The notes: generated from the sequence alone by a model not told the origin. DNA of 64,000 bases from Gordius albopunctatus (GCA_964276515.1 OZ193910.1:5766001-5830000); one strand, 5' to 3'. Positions 41,316 through 54,761 are shown, counted from the first letter of the stretch. A program made the numbers and translations.

Positions 41316-42105
41316 AGTGATGCGGATAAACCGATAAAATTCTCGGTCTCGTCTCGTCGAGAATTTGAAACACTGACCCGAGATCGAGACGAGAATTTTG
41401 ATGACGAGACGAGATTTTTTCGACGAGATCTCGACTTTTTATTGATCATTATATTTTATCAAATTATTGTGTATTTTAATTTGCATGATTTACATTTAAG
41501 GTATTAAGTGTAAATCAATATGTATTTGACATTAAAGAATATCTAAGTTTATTAAATATTATATATTTTTGCAAAAATTTAAAATTTGGCAATCATTTAC
41601 CTAAATGTGTTTGACCTTTAAGGTATGCGAAAAATTTATAATATATTTATCACATATTTGTATCCATAGAATTTTTAAATATTACGAAAATTTTATGCCT
41701 AGAATAAGTTCTGATGGAATATTAAATTTAACAAAATCATATTTGAATTTCGCAGTTACCCATACTGCATGATGCGGTAATTATAAATAGGTGGTCAATC
41801 AGTTTGAATAATTAAACAAGTTAAGCTAAGGTGGCTCGAGATTTTTAAGCATTTGCAATAAACTATATGGGCTATAATTGATGATGGGAATGTCAATGGT
41901 CTTGAATGTTTGCTCTAAATATGTTAAGCTCTAGTTTGAAGCTTTAGCCAGGGTAAATAAAGGATCTCAATTTGCTCAATTACGCAACTAAGTCAACTAT
42001 AACCGAACTTATAATTATCTAAGTCTATTTATAGTTGACAGACACAGTGAATTTGATACAAATGTTGTAATTTGCTTAAAATTTAATTTTCTATACTTTA
42101 AATTT
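41316..42105. mobile_element. Partial hAT non-autonomous element (CGAGA-repeat family)
   Basis: Starts TAGTGATGCG like the end at 62658. Interior blocks are colinear with the reverse complement of ~62400-62620 and ~61630-61800. Confidence 0.8.
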
Positions 42106-42421
42106 AGCCGTCCTCCCTGCCCTCCCCTGACTAATTAGGGGGGAGGCTGCCCCCCTGCCTCCCCCCCCTGGGTACGCCCATGAATCAAAGTCATTTTTTT
42201 GCTTATTTTTCACGTCAATTATTATTATTATAGGACGGTCGTGTCTCCTCCTGCGTGGCTAAATAAATTTAAAAATCTAATTTTGTCATTTTTTGCGCGT
42301 TAAATAAGGAGAAAAATGAAAATACAATTAACAAAGTGCCAATAAATGTTGATATATCTCAGTTCTTCGGACATTATTAAGTTCAGAACTAAAAGTTTTA
42401 TTCAGAAACAAATAATTATGA

Positions 42422-44473
42422 TCTTCTTCTTCTTTATCAGTTATTGGGTCCCACATTGGTAGGGTTTGTTTGATGAGTTTTTTCCATCTTGACCGGGTGA
42501 GTGCCATGTCTTGACTAATCTCTTTAGTTTCCATAGCTTTATAGACTTGCCATTTATACGCTACACTGGGTCGTCCTCTTCCTCTCTTCCCCGGTACCTC
42601 CATGTTCCCTACTTTTCTATTTACGTCATCCGTGTCCCTCCTTAGTATATGCCCATACCACCTTAGCCGATTTTCGTTAATCATGTCTGCCATAGGTTGA
42701 ATACCCATTTTTGTCCTTAGAAAGTCATTAGTCATATGGTCGAGCTTAGTATACCCCATGCTCCACCGTATCATTCTTATCACTGTGGCTTGTAATAGCT
42801 TTCCTTCCGTGGTGTTTAATGCCCATGTTTCACTTCCATAGAGTAACACCGGTCTTACGATGGATTTGTAAGCTTTGCTCTGCAACCATATTGGCATTTG
42901 TCGCACATCACATTATACCGGATATATTTCGCTATTTAAGCCATCCTTTTTGAATCCGGGCATTGACTTCCGTTGCGCAACCTCCCTCTTGATGTAGCAT
43001 CGAGGCGAGGTAAGTAAACCTGTCTACTTTTAGGTACTTTAGATGGTCATCCAGCGATGGTGTGCCTTTACCGTTCATTTACATGTATACCGTTTTTCGA
43101 TCGTTCACCTTTAAACCATATCCAGCTAAGCGCTTTGACCACTTTTCAACTTCTTCGAATACTTTCTCCCTTGTTTCCTCGCATAGTACTATATAATCGG
43201 AATATAGTATACACCATGGCGATGGCTTTTGAATGTCCCTCGTTATCGTGTCTATAACTATATTAAATAAAAAGGGACTTAAAGCAGAGCCTTGATGTAA
43301 TCCAATATTAACCCGAAAAGGTTTAGAGTCTCCAACTGTCGTCCTAACGCAAGAGTTTGAGGCTTCATAAATATTTTTTATAAGCCGTATATATGCGTCA
43401 TGGATATTTTGTTTCCTCAGGCACCACCATATTAAATCGCGAGGGACCATGTCATAAGCTTTCTCCAAGTTGATAAAAACCATATGTAGGTCTTTCCTCT
43501 TTTTACCATACTTATCCATCATTTGTCTTAGGGCGAAGATTGGATCGATTTGGGATTTGCCGGCCACGAATCCGAATTGATTAGCCGATATTTCCATCTC
43601 GTTTTTCATCCTTGTTACTAAGATCCTTTCCATAAGCTTCAAGGAGTGGCAAGTTAGCTTGATACCTCTGTAATTGCCACAGTCCTGAGGATATCCTTTT
43701 CCTTTAAATAAGGGTATAATCGTGCTTGCTCTCCATTAATTAGAGATTCGCTCTTCTACCAATATCTTGTTAAGGAGGTTCCTCATGGTGGTGACTCCTT
43801 CACGACATCCGGGCAATGCTTCCATAGGTATTCCATCTGGGCCATTTGCTTTTCCTTTTTGCATCTTGTTCATTTGTGTCCAAACTTTATTCCCTTGAAA
43901 GAGTTCGACCATACTTATATTTGCCTCAATTTCGGGAAGGGAATCCTTGTCATTTGCAATATTCATAAGCTCCTTAAAATACCCTTTCCATCACTTCTTT
44001 CGGCTTGAATAAGGTTTGACACTTCTCGCTTTTGACTATTTTAAGAACTCCGACATCGCGACTTTTCTTCTCCCTTATCTTGGCCAATTTGTACATAAGC
44101 CTATCGCCCCCTTTATGATCCAGTTTGTTTGCCATCTCGGTGTACGCGGCATTCTTCGCTTTTGCAACGGCCTTTTTTGCGGCCCTCTTTGCGTCCCTGG
44201 ACTCTTGATAATCCTCCGACTTTTTTGATTTATACCACCGTCTATATAGATTTTCCTTTCCTTCGATGGAATCTTTAACTGATTGATTCCACCACCATAG
44301 TTCCCTATTCATAGCTTTGCCTCCTTTGGTCTGTCCTAGAACACGAATCGCTGTTTCCTTAATGTCCTTAGATAGCGTCTCTCACTCGTCGTCTACGTTC
44401 CCTTGCAACTTCCTTGCCCCCAAGAGTGAGGAGGCTTTTTGATAGTATTCTTTGTTCGTCGACGTATCCTTTA
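42422..44473 (-). mobile_element. RTE retrotransposon, 5'-truncated (copy 2, same family as copy 1)
   Basis: Highly similar and colinear to 8084-10140, with a (GAA)n tail. YADD is mutated to YSDY; frameshifts present. Confidence 0.96.
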
Positions 44474-44699
44474 GTTCTTCATAGATATATTTTCGGGAAT
44501 TGTCGAGGGTTTTAAAAAATTATTGTAGTAAATATAATATTTCGTCCTCATAGAGGACATCGTCAGATAAGTAAAATAGATTTAAATAAAATAAAATATA
44601 AACTTCATTGTTCGCAATACACTACACATGTGTGCCGTCTAGACTTAAAACAAAGGCTCATGCCATTTTCTAACAATGCGCATAATAGTAATTCATTTA

Positions 44700-45354
44700 A
44701 TTTCTTAACAACTAAAAAAACACGGCGGAAAAATAAAGCAAACAAGTCACATTGAAGTTATTAAAAATTATAACTCTTTTAGGTATCCTAAATTAGCAAG
44801 GTTTAAAAAATACTCTTTGCCATCCCGGCGACGAGTGCTGCTAGTGAAAGATGTTTTTCTATCGCAGGAAGATTAATAAAGGAAAGACGCACAAGATTAT
44901 CCCCGGAAATTGTCGACGATATGAATAATAAAATATTTCTTTGTTTGGATTAATATGTCATTGCTTATTTTGTAATAGTGGCTAAAGATTTTGGGATTGG
45001 ATAATTTTGGGTATACCGGGAAAATTTTATTAATCAGGCCGGGCAGCTCTAATGGTTTGGGCATGGCTGAGCCGACACTTAGAAGGGTTCAGGCGGGCAA
45101 TTTAGTTAAAATTGGACCGGGCCGGGTTCGAGCAGAAAAATTTAAACTACTCCGACCTCTTTTTGGGACCTCATAAATTCGGGACTAACGGGCAAATTTA
45201 ATATTTCGGGCTGGGAAATTCGGGCAGTTCTAACAATTCGGGCTGGCCCCGGCGGACACTTAGATGTGTTTGGGCGGGCCCGGACGGGCAATGAAGGTAA
45301 AAAATTTAGTCGGGCCGGGTTCGGGCAGAAAATTCCCAACAAATCTGACCTCTG
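44700..45354 (+). mobile_element. hAT remnant with dimerisation domain and CAGAG-family right end (subterminal block duplicated)
   Basis: YPKLAR...AIPATSAASERCFSIAGRLIKERRTRLSPEIVDD at ~44783-44922; terminal AACAAATCTGACCTCTG. Confidence 0.8.
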
Positions 45355-46515
45355 ATTCTCATCCCCTGTTGTGATAGCTTATACAACGCACACGCCAAAC
45401 ACACCAACAACAATAATACTACCCAGTTAGCCTTACACACATCAATATAGAAATTAAAATCATTACTTTGCATCGTTTTAAACATTATAAAAAGCTTCAA
45501 CTAAAATAAAAAACAAATCAGAGCAAACACAAATGCTAAAATTAACCCAGTTCAAGCACACTTCAAAATAAGATAAATTTTATTGCTAAAAATTTCTAAA
45601 TATATATCTAATGCTGTAAATTAGTATTCAGGTTAAAAATATTTGAATCGAAATGGTATTGAAACAAATTGCAAACACCTACAATTAGAAGATTAATTTA
45701 AAAAAAGGTTAAATTTAATTGCCAAAAATTTGTAAATATTTATCCGATAATTTAGAGTGTTTAACTGGTGTAAACTACTATTAAGGTTAAAAATATTAAA
45801 AACGGTATTGAAATAATTTGCAAGCAACCAAAATCAGAAGATTAATATTTTGTAGAGAAAAAAGTTTCTACTTTAATATAACCCAAATGATTCAAGTGAA
45901 TGAATTCTTTTATGTAACATATTGTGTTTATATACATCTAGTAAGTTTACTTGTGTGAATAATACCGAGAGATGCTAATTATAATGAGTGGTCAAATAAT
46001 AAGGTTAAGATTTATGAATAGTGAGAGTTGTGAATGCTCGAATAATAAAGGTTAAGTTTTTTCCTAGGTAACCGATGTTCGAGTTGCTTTATTCAAATTT
46101 TCTAGGTAACCATAATTTCACCCAAAAGACGCTAGTTTTTAAGAGATTTATTCCCATAAACCAAGTTAATATCTTAATAATCCATACCCTAAAAAATTTA
46201 ATAGATACAATTAAATAAATAATCAATACTAAAAATATAAAAATTTAGGTACCATTACTATTTGCCTTATTGATCAATAGTTGCATATTCATTATATATA
46301 CATTCTTAAAATCGTGCTGATACAAATTAACACAGTATCATGCTCATATATTTATCGAGTTTCAATTAAGCATAAAAGAAATTACCCTTACCTTGTTTTT
46401 AAATTTTCTACCTAATTTTAAACACAGGCGCTATCAATAAGCTTTAAGGTTACTATCGTGCGGGAAAAGTAGCATGTTGGCGTATCTTTTAAATCATATG
46501 TAATAAATTTTTGAT

Positions 46516-47262
46516 ATGCTGCGAAATTCGTGCAACTTATTTCAGGTACATATTTGTAATGATTCATAAATCATTTTTCTGTATTTGTAAGTAGAATTCG
46601 GGGTGTAAGAACATCAAACAAATCTTAAAATATTCACAATTTGATGATCACAATTTTTCGACGCCTGAAAAACCTGCTTGGAAGCATCTGGGAAATCGAA
46701 TGGATCCTGACATTGACATGCTTGAAGGGTTAACTAAATATCAGAAATCTAAAGATGATTTTAGAGTAAGGTATTAATTTTTTTGTTACAAATTATAGTA
46801 TGTTGAAAACGTTATTAACATTTGTAAACCAAAATGTGTTCCAACTCCATTCATTGCAAAAAGTAAAAATTCATTTCCGTCTGGTTGGATTCCTCCTCCA
46901 AGTTTGAAAATACTTATTATTTGTTATGATAGATTTTTATAGCTTCTGCTCCAAAACTTCCTTATTTCGTTGAAAGAACAAAAAATCACCTTTTTCCTGT
47001 TTATCTTGAATTAAGATTTAATGGAACTCAAAAAGTTACATTAGTAAAAAAAATAAAAGGGGATATTTGGGTAAGCTTTATTGAATATATATATAATTAG
47101 CATTAGGCACTTGAGACAGATTTGATGGCTTATATTTTGCAATTTGAAAAAGATAAAGCATTTCCTTCACCAACACAAGTAAATGAGATTGCACAAAAGA
47201 TTGGTATTAAAGGAATTTGGGTGGAAGAAATCAAACAATTTCTTATTGAAAAAGGCTTTTAA
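46516..47262 (+). CDS. MRPL49: Mitochondrial ribosomal protein L49 (mL49/Img2), 5 exons
   Basis: Exons 46516-46545, 46595-46765, 46799-46901, 46943-47070, 47107-47262, all in phase. Motifs PSGWIPP...LPYFVERTKNHLFPVY...KKIKGDIWALE...QVNE...FLIEKGF*. Absent from the ORF track because of 33-49 nt introns. Confidence 0.93.
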
Positions 47263-48320
47263 AATCTTATAATCATACATTGCTGCTCAATGAGTTATTG
47301 ATATAACCTTTATATGTGAAGTCATTTTAATGTTTAATAATTTTATGATATTTTCTCTTGTTTCACAACAATTTTTCCCCTAAAATTATTGATAGTGAAT
47401 ATATTTAAATAAGATTTTATTTTGAGATGTGTTTAATTATATGTTTACACTAGGGGCATGTGTACCTAACATCAAACTTATGTTTATTTTAGTCTATATT
47501 AAGAAATCTGGAAAGAGGAGAAAATGACGTGGATGTAAAAACCTTTTCTCACCTAAGGTTTTTTGTTATAACTGATTACATAATTGATGAGTTTTTTGTG
47601 TATAATATTTCTCCTTATAGCTCACCCCTTTCCTCTCAATTTTTAATGCGACCCGCCCCCTTCTTTCCCTCATCCCAAACGTAATCCTTTTTTTATTTAA
47701 TGAACCTGACCCGCCCCTAAGGGATCGGGGTTTTAAACCCAAACGACCTCGGCCCGTGGGCGGATAGACGGGCTTGAGGTGTCTTAAAAAACTACGCACA
47801 GGCTCGGGCGAGCCTGGAAGTTTTCAAAACAGGTACGGACGGGCGCAAAATTTTTATAAACGCAAAAAGTCTCCAACGGGCCTGAAATTATAATAGGATC
47901 GCACGGGCCTATGATTTTATAAGGGGTCTTAGAACATAAATAATTTATTTGATTTATCTAGAAGATTTGTTTAAATCATTTTTGTAATAACCTGTCACAT
48001 ATTTATTTTGACCGCTAAATTTAAATTATAGCTTATTTTATTAGTTAAAAAATTTCCTTTACATAATATAAGATAGTTCTTCTTGATGTTCCATTATAAG
48101 TAAGTGTGACTTATTTTTAGTTACAATGCCTTTAAGATTTTTCTTTGTTCAATTATTTCACATTTTTATTAATTAATTTATTAAATAGCTTTTACCTGGC
48201 CCATAAAATTTTTCTATTTCTCTAAATTTTTCTTGGATTATTTTGCTTAGCTATATACCTTTACTAATACTCTGAACATTTGTGATTTTTATTGAAATCG
48301 ATTCATTGAATATTTAAATA

Positions 48321-49910
48321 GGGGAGACCAGGCTACTTTAGCCATAAAAAATTAAATCGCTTTTAAAAAAACTAAAATTATTTTTCAAAATTTTTTGTTG
48401 GAATTTATTTTTAAGGTCTACTTTTACTACAGGGAAAAAATTTGGAGGGAAATAACTAATAATTTTCAAACAAATTAAGATTTAAAAAAATCCAAAAAAG
48501 CGGGGCTAGTCAGAGTCACAGCCGATAGATTAATTCTGACGTTTTTACTTCTTATTAGTGTATGCTAACTCAAATCAATAAAAGATTGTTTCATTATAAA
48601 AAAAACTAGCTGTGCCCGGCCAAGCGTTGCTTTGGCTCAGTCCTTAAGTGGTTAAATAAGTATAACCTATTAATAAGACTTATCTAAAATGGGGTCATAT
48701 ATGAAATAATAATTCAAATAAATAAAATATCCATAATATTTATTTAAAGCAAGAATTTAATATAATAAAATAATTAATTGAAGGATGGATAATTATTAAA
48801 AATATGCTCCTATGATCGACCACGTGATAATAATTTAAATATTATTTATTTAATTTAAATAGTTTGTTAAACCCCAATAATTTTGACCGTAGACTGTAAC
48901 ATTTTTATTATACTTTTAAATATCTAATTCGAGAAAACTTCAGCCTTGTATGTATGACGTCATTATTGTATATGCTGCTATGAATTAAACTGGCCGGGAA
49001 ATGTCCGATATTTTTAAAACGAAAAGGTATTTTAGGAATCTGAAAAAACTATTTTACCCCTGGCATTCCTGGGCATCTACGGCTAAATTTTCGCGCGAAT
49101 CGGGCCGGTAGTTTTAGAATTGAGCCATTTTTTAAAACTAAAAGGAATTTTAGGATTCTGAAAAAGATATTTTACCCCTGGCCGCCCTGGGAACCTACGG
49201 TTTAATTTTCGCGCTAATCAGGCCGGTAGTTTCAGAATTTAGCTCTTACATACATACATATAGACTTTACTTTATGTATATAGATGTAGAAAATGCGAAT
49301 GTAATATGATTGTATTTTATATAAAACAAATAAAAAAGGGTCAAGATGACAATCTGACTTAAAAACACTTAAAAGACGTATTCGGCAACGGAAAATTTTT
49401 TTAGTCGTTTTATAATATATAATCATAGTCTATTTCTATTCCAAAGAACACTAAGTTAGATTATTAAACAAAATTTTTTGTTTTTAAATCTTGTCATTTG
49501 TAAGACACAATAAAAAATGGCTAACAATAGCCCCTCTCCGACTAGCCCCGACCCCTATTTTTATAAACAATTAATAATTTAAGATGTTATATTGCATATA
49601 AAAATTTAATCATTATACGGTTTTTATATAAAAAATCTGCCTTTATAAGATAAAAGCTATATTAATCCAAAATATATAGCCAAAAAAATTATATGTGTAA
49701 AATATATAATTTTATCAAGGCTACTAATAGCCCCGAAAAATTGTTTTTCTCGATAAAAATTTTGAGTTTTATCTTTTCTAAACAAAAAATTTTTTACTTA
49801 TACTTTATGGAAAAATACCCATATGTTTTAAATTTTGATTTAAGATCATTATTATAATAAAAAATAATTAGGGAGATTAACCCCGGGCTACGACTAGCCC
49901 CGGTCTCTCC
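48321..49910. mobile_element. Non-autonomous TIR element flanked by TA (superfamily uncertain, possibly pogo-like)
   Basis: TA-GGGGAGACCAGGCTA ... TAGCCCCGGTCTCTCC-TA, with internal GGCTA.....TAGCC palindromes. Confidence 0.7.
48606..49284 (-). mobile_element. Non-autonomous Helitron
   Basis: On the minus strand: A|TC 5' end, (TATG)n, a ~117-bp internal duplication, a GC-rich subterminal tract and CTAG|T 3' end; no TSD. A similar 3' end occurs on + at ~54250-54277. Confidence 0.8.
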
Positions 49911-50424
49911 TAAATTATAATGTTACATGTTGTTTTATTAAATCACAAAAAATTTAACTGAATAACCTTAAATGTAATAAAGATCTACAGGGGCAGGCCT
50001 GCGAGCGGGTACGGACGGTCCTCGAGTACGTAAAAAAAAATACGGGCGGGCTTTGACGGGTCTAGCAGTTTCTAATACGGGCACTGACGAGCTGACCTAC
50101 TAAAAATGGTCCGTTGCAGATGGGGGGTGGGATTTGGATAAATAATAGAGGCTTCAGAGACCAGAAAAGCCAGGCAACTGTCTTAAATTTTAATTTCCCG
50201 GTGGGCACACTGATAAGATTCGGGCACAATTTAATTAAAAATATAGTATATTATTTTGTTACTTTTTTATTAGATTATATATTGAGAATGCTTAAAATTT
50301 TAAATTAATATAATTTTGCCACCCCTTCCCAACTTATTTTTATAATCTTTACCCGCATTTCTTTCAGATTTCTAGCTACGTTTATGGAAAGGATTTAAAT
50401 ATTTATAATTATGTAGCCCTTTCA

Positions 50425-51212
50425 TTTTTTTTGTTAAAAAGTTTTTTTTACCAAACAAAGTTACATAAATAAGCGAAATACAAAAATAAATAAAGAAATA
50501 TTGGTTAAATACAAAGATCTATATCATTATCTTCTAAAATGGGCCATGAGTCGGCAAAGGATTCAAAGTTGTATCGTACAACAAGAATCCCGAGTTGCCA
50601 GATTAAAAAGGAAGGACGCAGAAATTTTAGATTTCGGTGAGCGTTTTCCGATTTCTTTAAAAAAACCTCATTGCCTCTTTATTGAAGGAACCTGAGCACG
50701 AGGCAACGACAGGGATAAAAATATTGGGTGCCAAAAGGGCAGAGTACTTTGTAGTTTTACGCCCTTCTGCTGTAGCAATAGGGTCGTAATTAAAATCGGA
50801 AGTGGCAAATAGGTCAATACAAGTAAAATCCCATTTGAGGGATAGGCTATTTTGCCAGGTGACTAGGGAAGAGCCGTCAGAGCGCATCCTACCTTCAAGA
50901 GAGGGATCCGACGGCTCAAGAATTGAGGGGATATTTCCCTTTTAAGGCAGCTTGAATTAATAAATTGACTTTAGTGTGCCTAACATATTTCTATTTGTTT
51001 GCTAGGCAGTGTAGAGGGTGCCTAGAATATCCGTCTACATTGGAAAGACAGTTTCGACAATTGAATTCCCTGCTGTAACTGATCCCCAACCTTAAAGCTA
51101 TGGTATATGATAGCTCAAAGTCTTCAAGCAGCATTCCCAAAAGTTTGCTGGGATAGGCTTCAAGCCACTCGTGACCAGAAACATCAAAAGCGAGTGACCT
51201 AAGGTTGTAATC
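50425..51212 (-). mobile_element. 3' fragment of a CRE-type (RLE) non-LTR retrotransposon
   Basis: ALRLG...CRNC...HPLHC zinc knuckle, RH...N, RSDG...W....L.WDFTC...AE.RK..KY restriction-like endonuclease motifs; A-rich tail. Confidence 0.8.
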
Positions 51213-52453
51213 CATCGCTTCATCACGTGCTGGATCGCTAACTTGGTATCCTTCGGTCTTTCAACGTAATTGACCGCGAACCGTTCCGCCGCTGTTCTCG
51301 AGTTCCAACGTATTTGACGCCATATTTCGGGTTCGAATTCTTGTATCCAATCCATCCCGCATAGCGGCGGCCTCGCTACGTCTGCTAGCAATAATGACAG
51401 CTGTTTCCTCGTGTTACCCAATCTGACATCGGTTTCTACCTTGGCTACGATCTTTATTTCCCCGTGGCCGTAGGCGTACACCGTCGGGACGGCCTCTTTG
51501 TTGTGTGGGATCTCCTTCGCCCATCTTCGCGCCGGTAATATCGAAACCGTAGCGCCGGTATCGAAGATAAATTGGAACAATTCGTTATTAATATATATAT
51601 CAACTGTTAACACATCTAAAGCATGGTTTAACCTGGGAATCCGGACCGGCCCAGGCCACGCTTCTCGTCTCGCCACTACGCTCCACGCCTCTTCGACCCC
51701 GTCCTGCAAGGTGCTTAGCCCCCCATTTATCGTCTCGGTGGTTAATGCCAGCTCTCGTAGGCGGTCCCATTTGATGTCATTTTCTGCCAACAGTCTCGCC
51801 TGTAAGCTTCTATCGCGCAATCCTATAATGAATTGGTCGACGATTCTGCTCTGCACTTCTTCATTTCCGAAGTTGCAGCTATTAGCCCCGGCCTTGAGTC
51901 TATTAGCGTACGCGTCTATCGTCTCTCCCTGGCCTTGTCGGACCTTTGAGAATTTGTACCTCTTTGCCCTCGTACATGAATTTCTCTGGAATAATTTCCT
52001 TAACCGATTTTTCGCCTCTTCGTATGTAATTCCTGTCAACTCTTGCGGTCTATAATCCTCTAGTATTAATTGGAATGCATCCCCCTCGAGGCTGGTTAAT
52101 AATAGCGCGGCTTTTTGTTCATCTGTCTCCGTCTTATTGTTCCTAAGGAATAACTCAAATTGAGTTAAGAAAGCTTCGATGTTAGCCGTTGTTTTATATT
52201 TCTGCATCTCCGCGTAGGTTTCGCCACGACGCCACTGTTAAGAGCTGATATTTATCCACATAAACTATTAGGAGTCTGATACAAAAAAACGACAAAAAGT
52301 GCCTGGCGTATATAACCAACGCATTTATAAGTTACAACCAATTAACGATAATTTGATCGCCAACGCGCGTGTAAATAACGTCAACACGCAGGTAACTATC
52401 GTATCCCTGGAGGCACTTCGCTCTCCTATTACCTCTCTACAAATATCATAACA
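51213..52453 (-). mobile_element. Gypsy 5' portion: LTR (52236-52453), PBS, gag-protease, truncated before RT
   Basis: LTR TGTTA...TAACA; PBS-like TGGCGTCGTGGCG one base downstream. Open gag (RQGQGETIDAYANRLK...CNF...DQFIIGL) and protease (FDTGATVSIL...GMDWI). Confidence 0.93.
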
Positions 52454-52476
52454 TCTCAATGTATTGATCTATTATT

Positions 52477-54143
52477 AAAAACTCGGGCCTTCGGCCCTCG
52501 TGGGAAGGGGGAAGGGGTCGAGGGGAGGGAAGGGGGAACTCATCTACACTCCGTATAAATGTATCATATTTGCTATGCAATTTATGGAAATACTTACGTG
52601 AATATTGCAAAACGAAGGTTGGAAGCACTAAATAAGTGTATATGCCAAATATCATAAAGGGGGAGAGAGGGAGCGAAGGGGAAGCTTTATGGTAAGTTAA
52701 ATTCTACGGGAGTTGTATTACCAAAAAGTCATAATAGCAATGGTAGGAATAGGAAAAATCATAATAGTCAAAAAAAACGGAAAAAAAATTTGCGAATCAC
52801 ATTTTGGCCAAAGGTCATTTTTTTCCATTGGTCAGCAGCCAGGACACGGTAAAAGTGGATATAAATTCATAATAGTCAAAAAAAAACGAAAAAAAAGTTT
52901 TCGAATCACATTTTGGCCAATGGTTATTTTATTCCATTGGTCAGCAGCCAGCGGACGGCCAAAAAGTCATAATAGCAATGGTAGGAACAGGAACAATCAT
53001 AATAGTCAAAAAAAACGGAAAAAATAATTTCGATTCACATTTTGGCCAATGGTCATTTTTTCCATTGGTCAGCAGCCAGGACACGGTAAAAGTGGATATA
53101 AATTCATAACAGTCAAAAAAAAACGAAAAAAAAATTTTCGAATCACATTTTGGCCAATGGTCATTTTATTCCATTGGTCAGCAGCCAGCGGACGGCCAAA
53201 AAGTCATAATAGCAATGGTAGGAACAGGAACAATCATAATAGTCAAAAAAAACGGAAAAAATAATTTCGAATCACATTTTGGCCAATGGTCATTTTATTC
53301 CATTAGTCAGCAGCCAGCGGACGGCCAAAAAGTCATAATAGCAATGGTAGGAACAGGAACAATCATAATATTCAAAAAAAACGAAAAAATAAACTCGGAT
53401 ACACATTTTGGCCAATGGTCATTTTTTTCATTGGTCAGCAGCCAGCGGACGGCCAAAAAGTCTTATTATCATTGATAGTAACAAGAACAATCATAAGAGT
53501 CAAAAAAAACTCCGGGATTCTAACCCAAAAACTAGATAAATTGCATAGCAATTATTAAAAAGTATAGGGTAATTATCAATGTTAACCTATTCAAAAACGA
53601 ACAAAAAATTTCGATTTATTTGGCCAATGTTCATTTTTTCATTGGTCAGTAGCCAGCGGACGGTCAAAAAGTCATATTATCAATGGTATTAACAAGAACA
53701 AAATATTAAATTAATTAAAAAAATAAAAATTTTGCCCTCTCCGGGATTCGAACCCACATTAAATAGAGGCATAAGCCTTTGGAGGGGAACAGGGAACCAT
53801 ATAAATAGAGCCATAGGCCCTTCTAGGGGAGGGCATAGGGTAATTATCAATGTTAAACTATTCAAAAACGAAAAATTAAAAATTTCGATTTATCTGGCCA
53901 GTGGTCATTTTTTCATTGGTCAGTAGCCTGCGGACGGTCAAAAAGTCATATTATCAATGGTACTAACAAGAACAAAATATTAATTTAATTAAAAAAAAAA
54001 AAATTTTGTCCTCTCCGGGTCTCGAACCCGCAACCTCCAGGTCGGGAAGCTGGTGTAAATAACTTGGTGGACGACGGACGGACGGACGGACAGACGGACG
54101 GACAACCAAAAACGAGCCCATAAATTGCATAGCAATTAAAATT
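52477..54143 (-). mobile_element. Helentron-associated (HINE/DINE-1-like) non-autonomous element with central tandem repeats
   Basis: Perfect 18-bp subterminal inverted repeat TTGCTATGCAATTTATGG (52570-52587 / 54118-54135), (GTCC)n near the 5' end (54069-54103), 3' stem-loop GGGCC-GAA-GGCCC, T-runs at both ends. Confidence 0.8.
52720..53520. repeat. Tandem array of two related unit types (~109 and ~128 bp)
   Basis: CATTGGTCAGCAGCC-type anchors at 52826, 52935, 53063, 53172, 53301 and 53429. Confidence 0.95.
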
Positions 54144-54761
54144 CAAATAAAATAGATAAGCAATTATGTATAAATATGAAAATTGTGTTTGTATTAGCAG
54201 TATATGCCAATTAGTTTCAAACAAGCATGCTCTATACCACGCTTTATATCAAGCAACTCTGCTCGATGCCCAGCTAGTTTATATCCTACTCAACCAGCAC
54301 CCATCAGCAGCTTCAATCTGCTGGTGCTAGTAACCGGGTTATAAGCAGCATCTGCTCCTTATGCTGGATGGGAATGGTAAGAGATAAGTGCCTATTACCA
54401 GGGTTGAGCATGTAACATATAAGCATTTTAACACCTCTACCTTAGGCCGCATTAAAATTTTAGAATGATGTTCGTTATATATTTTATCGATCTCAAATCT
54501 GTAACTGCTGAATTTAGAAGAATTAAAGTTATCATTCTGCATATTTCATGTTTACAGTATTTATTTTGATATGAACTAATTTATTCTTGATAGCATATTG
54601 GGTGTCATTTTAATTTATTTAATGAATTTCTTATGTAATTGTACTATTATAATAGGTCTTGGTGTAACTCCCTTGATAGCATATTGAGTATCATTTTAAT
54701 TTAAATAAATTTCTTGTAATTATTTGGTAAGTGTCTTCTATGCAAAAATAATGATATACGT

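Larger units (their letters stand above)
47640..50120. mobile_element. Degenerate MITE-like element with ACGGGC repeat clusters at both sides
   Basis: Clusters of ACGGGC/GACGG at ~47750-47910 and ~49990-50115 flank the 48321-49910 element. Termini not resolved. Confidence 0.4.

Noticed and set aside
45306..46440. Minus-strand gene divergent from MRPL49
   Set aside because: Splice-like signals exist (~46410, ~46318, ~45500) but no consistent reading frame or recognisable product emerges.
52720..53520. CRISPR-like array
   Set aside because: The intervening sequences are themselves repeated, the context is eukaryotic and no cas genes are present; it is a tandem repeat.
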